Origin: Paraspadella gotoi
Lineage: Eukaryota > Animalia > Chaetognatha
Direction of reading: 5' to 3'
Assembly: GCA_051294375.1 (NCBI GenBank)
Contig: CM119267.1
Location: forward strand, 6,534,367 to 6,598,366
Length of the DNA stretch: 64,000 nucleotides
A program made the position numbers and the translations under genes. Shown piece by piece: positions 52,653 to 64,000 of the stretch. The notes beneath the pieces were generated by a model that saw only the letters and a list, made by a program, of their open reading frames with translations, did not search any database and was not told the origin of the DNA. The number at the start of each line of letters is the position of its first letter. Position 1 is the stretch's first letter.

Positions 52653-54617
52653 TATAAAATGGAAGCCATTTAAATCATCAGATGATGCTTGATATGATTT
52701 TTTTTTTTTTAAATTTTGACTTTTGATTGCATTCAAATAAGCTTAGAAAGTTTGATATTACAACTTTTAATTTTTTGTCAATAAAAATCATTAAAAACTG
52801 TCAAATTTACTAATGATACAAAATGACAATGATTATTTTTTCAGAGTTTTTTTAATTTTTGTGCCACTTGTAATAATAACAATCATCTAACTTCTTGATC
52901 TCTAAAAGAATCTGTTTTTAAAAATGTCAATCTAAAAAAAAACTCATTTTTAAAAATAATTTAAATGAAATGCTTTAATACGTGAATTTAATATCAAATT
53001 TAACATTATAACACAATGAAAGTATAAGGACAAAAGACTAATATTTCATGATAAATGTTGAATTCTGGGCCTCTTTAGTAGTATAGTAAACGACTATAGC
53101 CCTACCTAATTCTTTCTACGATAGTGCCATAGCAAGTCAATTTCTGCTTAATTTATCGTAGACTTTTATAAATAAAATAGACGAGAATCTAGCTTAAAAA
53201 AAAATTCAACATTTTTCTAATAGAGAATTCCGTCAATCTGACTACCCAAATTGCAAACGCGTTTGCCAGAAATTCGGTAAAAAAAACACTTGTAAAAACG
53301 CACGATTCCGAGAGCGTTACATCTGAAGAGCTTGTCCTATTCGTTTATGGCATTTGATAAAGGATTTAATATCAAACAAGCCAGGGGAAATGCACTACTC
53401 ATCTCCGAGAATTTTCAAATCTCATTTTTACTATAGAAATGAAAGGGAAAGTTTACAAACTTAAAAATTTCAAATGGGATTGCTATATGTTCCTGTTACA
53501 TGAGCGACTTCGAATTTCGCGATTCTGATAGCTTTGTGTCTGAAGAGCTTGTCCTATTTTTCTTTTTTCATTTTATAATGATTTGCATAAAAATGATTAG
53601 GTTTAAATGAAATAGTCCGGTTTGAATCGCGAAATTTTTATTTAAAAAGAAATTTAAAAAGGAAGGTTGGAAAAAAACCTGATTTTTCCTAATATCTTTT
53701 TAAGTAATAAAGATAAAAGGGATGGCAATAGTACCAAATAATAATCATAGGGCACATACAAGATACAATTTAGAATTACTTATGCTGAAACTCCTTACAG
53801 GGTGAGTGTCAAAACTAAGTCAAAATTATAATGAGTTTTAAAACTAATGACACCCATAAGAATAAATGAAAAATTTAATTCTTTTAATGATTCTGAAAGA
53901 AAAAAGGCTAAATTGTACTCTAGTAAACTTTAAAGTTTTTTGGATAAAGAAAATGTGAATTTTTTGTCACTTAAATATTTGCTTGTCTGATTTTACAAGC
54001 ATGCTTACAAATTCTACAAAATATTATTTACCCCATCACAGCCTAAGTATTTATCCTTCTTTTCCACCAGCAAAAAGTAAACATTATCTATTGAAGAGAA
54101 CAGGGATGTTTACTGAAAGGAGCAGGAAGACATTCAACTTCTTCACTTTGATGTTTTTTTCAATAATAAAATAAGCGAATTTTTTAATTATTTAACTCTC
54201 ACAGGCTTCATAAGATATTACACTTTCATAATATCCCAATGTTAATGTAATTTTTATTATATTTTTACCAAGAAATCATAAAATAACAGAAAGTTGTGGG
54301 ATTCCCTTCGCTCATTTAAGAAAAAAATTAACTAGCGGAATTATAAGTTTGTAAGAGGAAGTCAGAATCGGCGAAAATCTTAAAAGGCGAGAATGTTGAA
54401 AAAAAGGGGTGGAATTTTTATGGGTTTCCTAAGATTTCTCCACAATGTGAGGTCCGATTAAAGCAAAACTGAGATTTACAATATTCCCGTCATTTCACAT
54501 CTATCGATATGAAAATATAAGAAAAAAGTCACTGGCTTCTTTTTCTATAGCGGCTTTCCTAATAAAAACTTTTTCCCAAGGAAAAAGAAATTAACCTATT
54601 CAGTAATTTACATTTTA

Positions 54618-54982
54618 CCTGAAGTCCGTAAATCGACATTTAAGGTCTTCGCTGTCTGCCTTCAAAACCTTCTCAATATAATTTTTTAAGTCATAAGATT
54701 TTATGCTTACTATATCCAATTTGCTTTGGTTAGATTTTATCTTAAGAATGTTTAGTTTATCCCTTTTGTCAAAATAAATAGAACAAGTTTCTTGTTCAGT
54801 TACAGAGACAAAAAGATCCAATTTGTAAACTTTGGGTTTCATATTATTTTTAGGGATATTGTGATTAACCATCTTCGGGGAAGAACCATAATAAAATAAT
54901 ATTTTATCCTTTTCTCTAATCATCACAATCATATAACCACGTCTTGATTCAAAGGTAGATACAATTATTTGCACAACTTCTC
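54618..54982 (-). other. Isolated exon-like open frame (~120 codons) of unknown function
   Basis: tttttag acceptor, open frame EVVQIIVSTFESRRG...LKCRFTDF, AG/gtaaaa donor. No clean partner exons found. Confidence 0.35.
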
Positions 54983-57231
54983 CTAAAAAACGGAAATAAA
55001 TTTAAATGATTTTAGAAGTGAAGCGAAATACTTAATCATTTTAGATAATACTTAGTAAATAATTGATGTACCATGATACAATACTTGGGCAATGCGCATA
55101 TTTGATACATGTGACCATCAAGAAAAAATCATTCATGTAACCAACAAAAAAGTCGATGCAGCTTAACTCGATTAATATTTAGTCTTAGATAGTTTCAACT
55201 TCATAGGAAAACAAACCAATGGCTGCGCCAATATATGTACATCACTTTTAAGGGCTTAAACTGAACTGTTACTGTGGCACTAATAATATTTTGCTACTTA
55301 CAAAAATACTTTATAACTCAAAAAGAAAATTATTAGTTTGTTGAAGCCCTATAATAAAATAAGGTGAAAACACAACAAAAATTTAATGGAATTGTTTTTT
55401 TGTTTTGCTTTGAAAAATGCTCTTTTGTTTGTACCGCTCTGGTTTATTAAAATAATAATTTTAAAAAAATTACTATTTTGTGTAAAGTAATGCAAGTGAA
55501 GATCAAGTGGGTACAGACAGAAAAGCAAATTTCTTTAGAAAATATAGGAAAAATGCTCATAGTAAATTAGGAGACAAATCCTCCTAGTAGGAAAAAATTG
55601 AATAAGAAAAAAAAAGAAAAAAATTGAACAATTTCAGGGGTTAAGTAAATCACTAAAGTGATTTACAAAATTGTTTTGTCCATATATATTTCGACTTAGT
55701 TGGTATGCCATTATTAATGCAATAAATGAATAAAGGAGACAAAATAATAGAGAAGACAAAGTGAGAAAGAGAGATATATGAAGAAGGCGGGGGGGATCCC
55801 CATTTTGGAATCAGTTTTAGTCTGCCTGAATGTTATGACCTTTTTTCTTATTTGTCCTCTCTCTGTCTTAAGTACATTTTGTCTTGTAGGGGTACATAAT
55901 ATTTTATTAGCAGGTTAAATAACAGAAGGAAACGGAGAGACATTAAATGTACAAGATATTGAGATGAGACTAACTAGAGAAACGGGGCACCGGCTAAGAA
56001 AGAGAGAGAGTGTGTCAGTAGCCGGCTTCCCTTGCGACCACCAAACATAGTGGCCAACTAGGGTCAACCCTGTGGCGACGAAACCGTCGTCGCCACAGTC
56101 TCCTTTTTTCATTCTTACCATAAAAAAACATTTTTTTGTTCTCCTATTACACCATCTTCTCTATTATAAAAATATACTCGTACAAACGCCGCAGTGTCAC
56201 TGGGGCGCAAAAAAAAGTAGCCACTTTTTCACATCGAAAAAAATCGTATTGGATGGCTAAAATCTACAATATAGAAATAAAACACAAAGCTTTTTGAAAG
56301 ATGAAGCAATTGGTCCAAGTCTAATTTAAAATCGGAGCGAAAGGCGTTTTGGACAAGTTATTAGGACCATCAAAAAATTTGTTAACAAAAATGGAACTAA
56401 TTTTAGGTTGTTTCTTTTTTTTGAGCAGCATCCGACTCTAATGTCTACAGTAACTCTAACCTTTGTCTCGCCAGGTCGCCGTCGGCTCCGGACACTACCC
56501 CTCAATATTGGTCGGGCACATCGACTTAAATCATGTCAGAACCATCGAATTATGGATTAATTATGCAAGAAAGACGAAACGATGGTCCGTCGTCCGTCTG
56601 TCTGCCGTCCGTCCCACCTTAGCGAAAAAACTCCAATTACTCGGATTTGGATTGGCATTTAGGTGAATTGCGATCTTACTGAGATCCTCACATTAGCACG
56701 CCCTATATGCTAACCCTTTCACAAACCATAATACGGTGTAGTGGGGTGTAGGAAACTCGTGTGAATTGAGACGTGGATATGAAAGTTTCGAGGGAATCGC
56801 TGCAAGTGGAAATTGGTTTAATGGAAAAAACAAAAAAATATATTTCACTATTTGAACGCCACATTGCTCATGAGGGATAGGGCAATTGACTTGAAATATT
56901 GTATGATGGTAGGAAAGTGTGTGATTGATCGAGCTTGATATAAGTTTCGATGGAATCGTGCATTGGAAATGAGTTTAAATTGGAAAAAACAAAATCATAT
57001 TTACTTGAAGTATTTTTACTTAAATTTACTCATAATTATTATGTTTATTAAAAATTGGATAGATAAATCGAAATTGAATTTTGTGTGTGGGGTAGGAAAG
57101 TATGTGATAAAGCTGGATATAAAATTTTTGATGGAATCGTTAGGAGTGGAAAAGAGTTCAAATTAGAAAAACCAAAAGACACATTTATTTTGAATTTTTT
57201 AAAGATTCTCTCTCTCTATCTCTCTCTGATT

Positions 57232-57670
57232 AATTGACCAAATTTATGCCAGTTGACCAAATTCTTAAAGTTGACCAAATTCTGCAATTGATCAAGTTCT
57301 GCAAGTTGATCAAGTTCTGCAAGTTGACCAAATTATGCGTTGACCAAATTATGCCAGTTGACCAAATTAGGCCAGTTGAAAAATTAGCCAGTTGACCAAA
57401 TTATGCCGGTTGACCAAATTATCTTAATCTTGATCAAATTATTCAGTGACCAAATTATCAGATGATCACTATGTCAGTTGACTCAATTGATCTTAATTTA
57501 GTATCCAAGATTACAACTTATTTCATTAGATGGACCAATATATTGTCAGTTAGACCAAATTATGTCAAAACAGGCCAGTTATCATGTAGACAAATTATGT
57601 CAGTTAACCAAATTATGTCAGTTGACAAATTATTACAAGTTGTTAAATTATGCAAGTTGACCAATTAGCT
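57232..57670 (+). repeat. Minisatellite, ~18-bp unit ttgaccaaattatgccag
   Basis: About 20 degenerate tandem copies. Confidence 0.85.
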
Positions 57671-58659
57671 TATTACCATCTTAATTATCGATTGACCTGG
57701 AATTTTGTATTGAGTCAGAAAAGTGTGTGATTGAACAGGAAACCAAGTTTCGATGGAATTTTGGTATGGATATGAGTTTAAATGGAAAAAAACAAAAAAC
57801 TGTCACTAATTGATTATATCTTTTATCCTTTAATAATCAAATAATTAATCAGTTAATAAATCAATAGTCAATTAATTAATCAATAATTAATTAATCAGTC
57901 AATCAATCCGCCATCGTTCCACCTTAGCAAAAAGCTCCAATAACTCGTGATTGGCTGGTTGGATTGGAATGAAATTTTGTGTGTGGGTAGGAAAGTGTGT
58001 GATATAAAGCTGGATATAAAGTTTCGACGGAATCGTGTGAGTGGAAATGAGTTTAAGTGGAAAAACAATAAGTCGCATTTACTAAAATTTTTTACTTATT
58101 TAACTAATAAGTACTCTAATTAATCATAATTGGATGGAAGATTGAGTTAATTTTGTGTGGGTAGAAAAGATGTGTAACGATGCTTGATATAAAGTGTTCG
58201 GTGGAAGCGTTACTAGTGGAATGAGTTAAATGAAAAAAATATGAGTCAATTGTACGATTGAATTTTGGTCTATATGTATTGTACCCTAATAGCAATCGCA
58301 GGATATGAATGCAAAAATCGATTCGATCAAGCGAATGAATCGCCGAATCCTGATTGGTCAAGCACGAATCGGAATCGACCAATCAGGCTTGCAGGCAATC
58401 ATTGAAGTAAATTTTACCGACGTGCCGATCCTCTCCCAGATATAAATAGACTTAGCTTGTTCTAGTTTCAAGTAGAATTATCAAGACTCCTGCTGCGCGT
58501 CTCACCGTCACTTTATTTCAGAACTAAAACCTCTTCTTTGATTTCGTTAGAAATCCATGAGTTTTTCCTTAAAGTGGCTGCAGCGTGGGATTCGAACCCA
58601 CGCCTCCGAACGAGATGATTTCGTCATAGAAATCAATCGAGTTTTTTTAAACTTGATAG

Positions 58660-61600
58660 GATGAGATGATTTTGTGAGCGGGTAGGAAAGTGTGTGAAGA
58701 AGCTAGATATAAGTTTTGACGGAATTGTGCCAGTGGAAATGAGTTTAAATGGAAAAAACATAAGTCACATTTACTTGAATCTTTTTTATTTATGATTACT
58801 AATAAATGTTATAACTAATTAATTAATTAATGTGAAAAAATGATGCAATTTAAAAAAATTATGCAAGTTGAAAAAATGATGCAAGCAGAAAAATGATGCA
58901 AGTTAAAAAAATCCTAAAAGCATAAGGATCGTCGCAATTGCAGAGAGAGAGGAGAGAGAGAGAGGAGAGGGGGAAGAGAGAGAGAGAAGAGAGCAGAAAA
59001 ATGAGCATAAGGATCGTCGCAATTGCAAAGAGAGAGAGAGAGAGAGAGGAAAAAGAGGCAGAAAAATGAGCATAAGGATCGTTGCAATTGCAAAGAGAGA
59101 AAGAGAGCAGAAAAATGAGCATAAGGATCGTCGCAATTGCAAAGAGAGAAAGAGGGAGAGAGAGAGAGCAGAAAAATGAGCATAGGATCGTTGCAATTGC
59201 AAAGAGAGATAGAGAGAAGATAGAGAGAGAGAGAGAGAGAGAAAGAGACAGACAGAGTCCGAGATAAAATTAGACGAATAAAAAGTTGTTATTTTACTTA
59301 CTGAATATAAAATACTTAAAATGCTTACAAAATACATAAAATTGATAAAGTTATTATTCCGATAACATTTTTTAATCTCATGCAATATATCAAGTAAGGC
59401 GGGCCAAATTTTACACTTTTTATAACTTCTAGTTCTCTCAAAAAATTTCTTTTTTCCTTCTACTACTAAATCGATTTTCAATGTAACTTTTTGAATTAGT
59501 TCATTGGGTTGTTGCACTGAAGCTTTTAAATATTTATTAATATATAACAAATGACAAAAAAAATTTAAAATTTGATTTTTTAGAACGGGTTCTTGTAGAG
59601 CTTAAAAAGTTAAATGAAAGTTAGTACTATAATTTTTTTCAAATTTTGACAATAAATTGGTTTAAAATAGAAAAAAACCTTAAAAAAATTATCATAATTA
59701 TCATTATTGGCTAAATTTTTTTTAAATTTTTCATTAATAAAACAAAAAAATTTTTAAAAGTTGTATTAATAACCTTTATCTAACTATTATTATTATTATA
59801 TATTTATCAGAATCTATAAAAAAAATTAATAAGCAGAAATTTTAAAAATTATTTTTATTTCATATTTCGCTTAACCATTATTTATTTGAGAGAACTTCTA
59901 GGTTTCCACCTGTTCCGGCCTAATATCTAGTAAGGCGGGCCAATATTGAACACTTTTATAACTTCTAAGTTCTCTTTAAAAATTTTTTTTCCTTTTTACT
60001 ATTAAATCGATTTTCAATGTAACTTTTTGAATTAGTTCATTGGGTTGTTGCACTGAAGCTTTTAAATATATTAAATATATAATAATTATATAGAGTTTTG
60101 ACGGAATTGTGCCAGTAGAAATGGAGTTTAGATGGAAAAAACATAAGTCACATTTACTTGAATCTTTAAATATTAATGATTAATAATAAATGTTTTAATT
60201 AATTAATTAATGTGAAAAATGATGCAAGTTAAAAAAATCTTTAAAAGCATAAAGATCGTCGCAATTGCATAAAAAAGAGAGAGAAGAGAGAGTGAGAGAG
60301 AGAGAGAGAAGGAGACAAAAATAAAATAGAGGATATTTGTTTGTTTTGATAAAATGTAAACAAAACATATTTAATAACTGTCCTAACCCAATTTTAAGGA
60401 CATCGATGATGATAAGTGAATTAAATTTAAAATTAATTATTTACATTTTGAAAATTAATTATATTAACGTTTTATTAAATTATCGTAGGCAGATCCGATC
60501 GTTGTTGCTCCAAACATTATTTTTAGTCAACAAGAGTCCGGCAATGTACCTCTCCCTCATGATTATAAAATGTTTATAATATGAACAATGTTTTTGGCGG
60601 AACTAATTTAGCATAGAATATCTGTAAGGATAGGTGTCAACCATTTTTGACCTAAATCAAATTAAAATAAGTAAGGAAACTATATAGAAAAATAATCTTT
60701 TATCATTAATCAGAAAAAAAAGTATCATCATTTTTTCCCAATTCCGTTTTCAGACTGACTTTGACTTGCTGTATTCTACTGCCTGAACCAATTAACTTTT
60801 TTCTTGCACCAATCAATAGCTTTTTAAAAAAGCTATACTTTTCATAAATATTTTCTTAAAATTAAAAAGAAATAGTGGGGGTATTTAAAGCTAACAAGTG
60901 TCTACTTTTTTTTGCGTCGGTTTATATTAGTCTCAGATATTTTCGAGAATCTCCAACTTGAATCGAGAGCTATTTGCTATTTGCCGTTTGATTGTAGGGT
61001 AGTCGGGCTTTTCATAAGTTCACCCCGCCTATAAGCATGACACCTTCAGTCGTGATCGGTAGCTCATTGAGTATTAGCTACCAGGATCAATCCCCAATGG
61101 TTCCTACCATGCGGGAAGCGTAAGGCTCGCTGTAAACCACCTTGGCGGCTTAGAAAACCCTAAAGCCTAGTTCCAAGCCCAGGACCCGTTCCATGCCTGC
61201 TATTACCTTCCCATTGTATAAATATAATAAGTAAACAAATATTCAAAAAACCAATAATTCGAAGTAAGAACAAGTTTGAGCAAACAATGTCGGATCTGCC
61301 CACGATCATTAGAGGTAATTAATAAATTAATTAATTTAATCCAAAATGTTTGTTTTTGGATCTTTTTGTCAATGACCACTAGAGTGATGTAAAAATGATA
61401 AAATTTTAGAAAATTAAAAATTAGCATATAAAATATAAAAATAAAAATTAATAAAAATATTTTAGTAAATTTATTTTTAAATTTTATAAGTGGGCAACAG
61501 TAAGCTATAAGTAAATAATAAACTAAAAGGAGAGAGGATTTCATTAATTGGATTGGATAGTGTGTGGTAGAAAAATGTGTATCGATTGCCTATATAAAGT

Positions 61601-61973
61601 ACGGTGGAAACGTACTAGTGGAATGATTTAAATTGAAAAAAAATGAGTCATCATTTACTTTGAATCTTTTACTATTTACCCATAAAATGAGGAAAATTTT
61701 GTGAGCGGTTTAGGAAAGTGTGTGAAGAGCTAGATATAAAGTTTTGAGGAATTGTTGCCAGTGAAATGAGTTTAAATGGAAAAAACATACAGTCACATTT
61801 ACTTGAATCTTTTATTATGTGTATGAATATGTAACTAATATGTTATAACTAATTAATTATTAATGTGAAGAAAATGATGCAATTAAAAAAATTATGCAAG
61901 TTGAAAGATGATGCAACAGAAAATGATGCAAAGTTAAAAAAATCCTAAAAGCATAAAGGAATCGTCGCAATTG

Positions 61974-62004
<31 letters not shown>

Positions 62005-64000
62005 AGAGAGAGAGAGAAGAGGAGGGGCAGAAAATGAGCATAAGGATCGTCGCATTGCAAAGAGAGAGAGAGAGAGAGAAAAAGAGGCAGAAAAATGAGC
62101 ATAAGGTATGTTGTGATAATGCAAAAGAGAGAAAGAGCAGAAAAAATGAGCATAAGGATCGTCGGCAATTGCAAGTTAGAAAGAGAGGAGAGAAGAGAGA
62201 CAGAAAGACATGAGCATAGGATCGTTGCAATTGCAAAGAGAGATAGAGAGAGAGATAGAGATAGAGTAGAGAGAGAGAAAGAGACAGACAGAAGTCGCCG
62301 AGATAAATTAACGAATAAAAAAGTTGTTATTTTTACCTTACTAGAATATAAATATCTTAAAATGCTTACAAAATACATAAAATTGATAAAGTTATTATTC
62401 CGATAATCATTTTTTTAATCATCAATGCAATATATATCAAGTAGGCGGGCCAAAATTTTACGCACTTTTTAACTTCTAGTTCTCTCAAAAACTTGGTCTT
62501 TTTCCTTCTGACTACTAAATCGATTTTCAATGTAATTTTTGAATTAGTTTCATTGGGTTTGTGGCACTGATTGATTATTCAAACAAATGAAAAATTGTAC
62601 ATTTGATTTTTGAAGAGTTTTAGCTTAAATTAATAGGAGATAGATTGGACTGAGTTAGTGGATTCAAATTTCCAAAGGTTTGTAGATAAAACTAAGAGCG
62701 AGCTTATATTGCTTAAGTTGTTTTAAGTTTTCGATAATTACAATAATGTTTAAAAACCTTGTATTATACCTATCTATATTCAAAGAATCAGATCATAAAA
62801 AATAATAATAGGCAAATTTTAAAAATTATTTTATTTCAATATTTCGCGTTAACCATTATTTATTTGAGAGAACTTTAGTTTTCAACCATGTTCCGGCCTA
62901 ATTATCAGTAAGGGCGGGCCAATATTGAAATTACTTTTTATAACTTCTAAGTTCTCATTTAAAAATTTTTTTTCCCTTTACTATTAATCGGTAGTTTCGA
63001 ATGTTAACTGTTTTGAATTAGTTCATTGGGTTGTCTGCACTGAAGCTTTTAAATATTTATTAAGTATATAATAATTTATATATGAGTTTTGACGGAATTG
63101 TGCCCAGTAGAAATGTTGAGTGTTAGATGGAAAAAGCATAGAGTCACATTATCTTTGAATCTTTAGATATTAATGATTAATAATAATTTGTTTAAAATTT
63201 AAATTAATTAATGTGAAAAATGATGCAAGTTAAAAAAATCTTAAAAGCATAAGATCGTCGGCAATTGCATAAAAAAGAGAGAGAGGAGCCGAGAGAAGAG
63301 AGACATAAAATAAAATAGAAGGATATTTGTTTGGTTTTGAATAAAATGTAAACAAAGACATATTTAATAACTGTCTAACCAGATTTTTAAGGGACAGTGC
63401 GATGATGATAAGTTGAATATAAATTTAAATTAATTATTAACATTAATTATTAATTAATTAATGATAATTACATTAATTATCGTAGGCAGATCCGGTACAT
63501 TGTTTGCTTCAAACTTATTTTTAGTCAAGCAAAAGTCAATGACTTTTCCCTATTATAAATGTTTTATAATATGAACAATGTTTTGGGCGGAACTAATTTA
63601 GGCATATGAATATCTGTAAAGGATAGGTGTCAACCATTTTTGACCTAAATCAAATTAAATAAGTAAGGAAACTATATAGAAAAATAATCTTTTATCATAA
63701 TCAGAAGAAAAAAAGTATCATCATTTTTCCAATTCCGTTTTCAGACTGGACTTTGACTTGCTGTATTCTAACTGGCCTGGAACACAATTAACTTTTCTTG
63801 CACAATCAATAGCTTTTTAAAAAAGCTATACTTTTCAATAAATAGATTTTCTTAAAATTAAAAAAATAGTGGGGGTATTTAAAGCTAACAAGTGTCTACT
63901 TTTTTTGCGTCGGTTTTTATTAGTCTCAGATAATTTTCGAGAATCTCGCAACTTGAATCGAGAGCTAAATTTGCTATTTGCGCGTTTGATTGTAGGGTAG
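58660..64000. repeat. Near-duplicate blocks 58660-61000 and 61690-64000
   Basis: Colinear copies differing mostly by 1-2 nt indels. Confidence 0.8.

Larger units (their letters stand above)
44240..58250. repeat. Cluster of DINE-1/Helentron-like non-autonomous elements
   Basis: Repeated module gattccatcgaaact...ctacccacacacaaaatt with (GTCY)n tracts and a terminal ttatagagtcgg...cgactaaaaa stem-loop. Copies at ~44240-44700, 46310-46825, 50690-51155 and (reverse) 56400-58250. Family assignment is by structure only. Confidence 0.55.

Noticed and set aside
57232-57670. CRISPR-like array
   Set aside because: The repeats are contiguous with no unique spacers, and there are no cas genes; it is a minisatellite.
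58859-59550. Hydrophobic L/S-rich ORFs here and at 3307-3945, 38405-38641 and 61860-62406
   Set aside because: They are translations of (GA)n/(TC)n microsatellites inside repeats.

Overview
Eukaryotic DNA from an invertebrate animal, AT-rich, with short spliceosomal introns. The left ~36 kb holds six genes, all on the minus strand. They are U2AF2/U2AF65 (13 exons), two tandem intron-poor CCAR1-like paralogs, Smaug/SAMD4 (about 18 exons), a divergent class-A-like GPCR, and an 8-exon orphan gene that the ORF track misses. The most striking signal is non-coding. At least four unrelated families of short tRNA-headed repeats each carry a type-P5 twister-ribozyme fold just behind the tRNA-like head, with helices that covary between families. 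One family has fixed termini and 5-bp target duplications; another forms a ~381-bp tandem array like a retrozyme. There is also a Penelope-type inverted repeat carrying minimal hammerhead ribozymes, one of which was hit in its catalytic core by a MITE. The right ~24 kb is repeat-rich, gapped and indel-noisy, with DINE-1/Helentron-like elements, MITEs, an LTR-like remnant and near-duplicate blocks. All gene models and RNA folds were read by eye; no searches were run.
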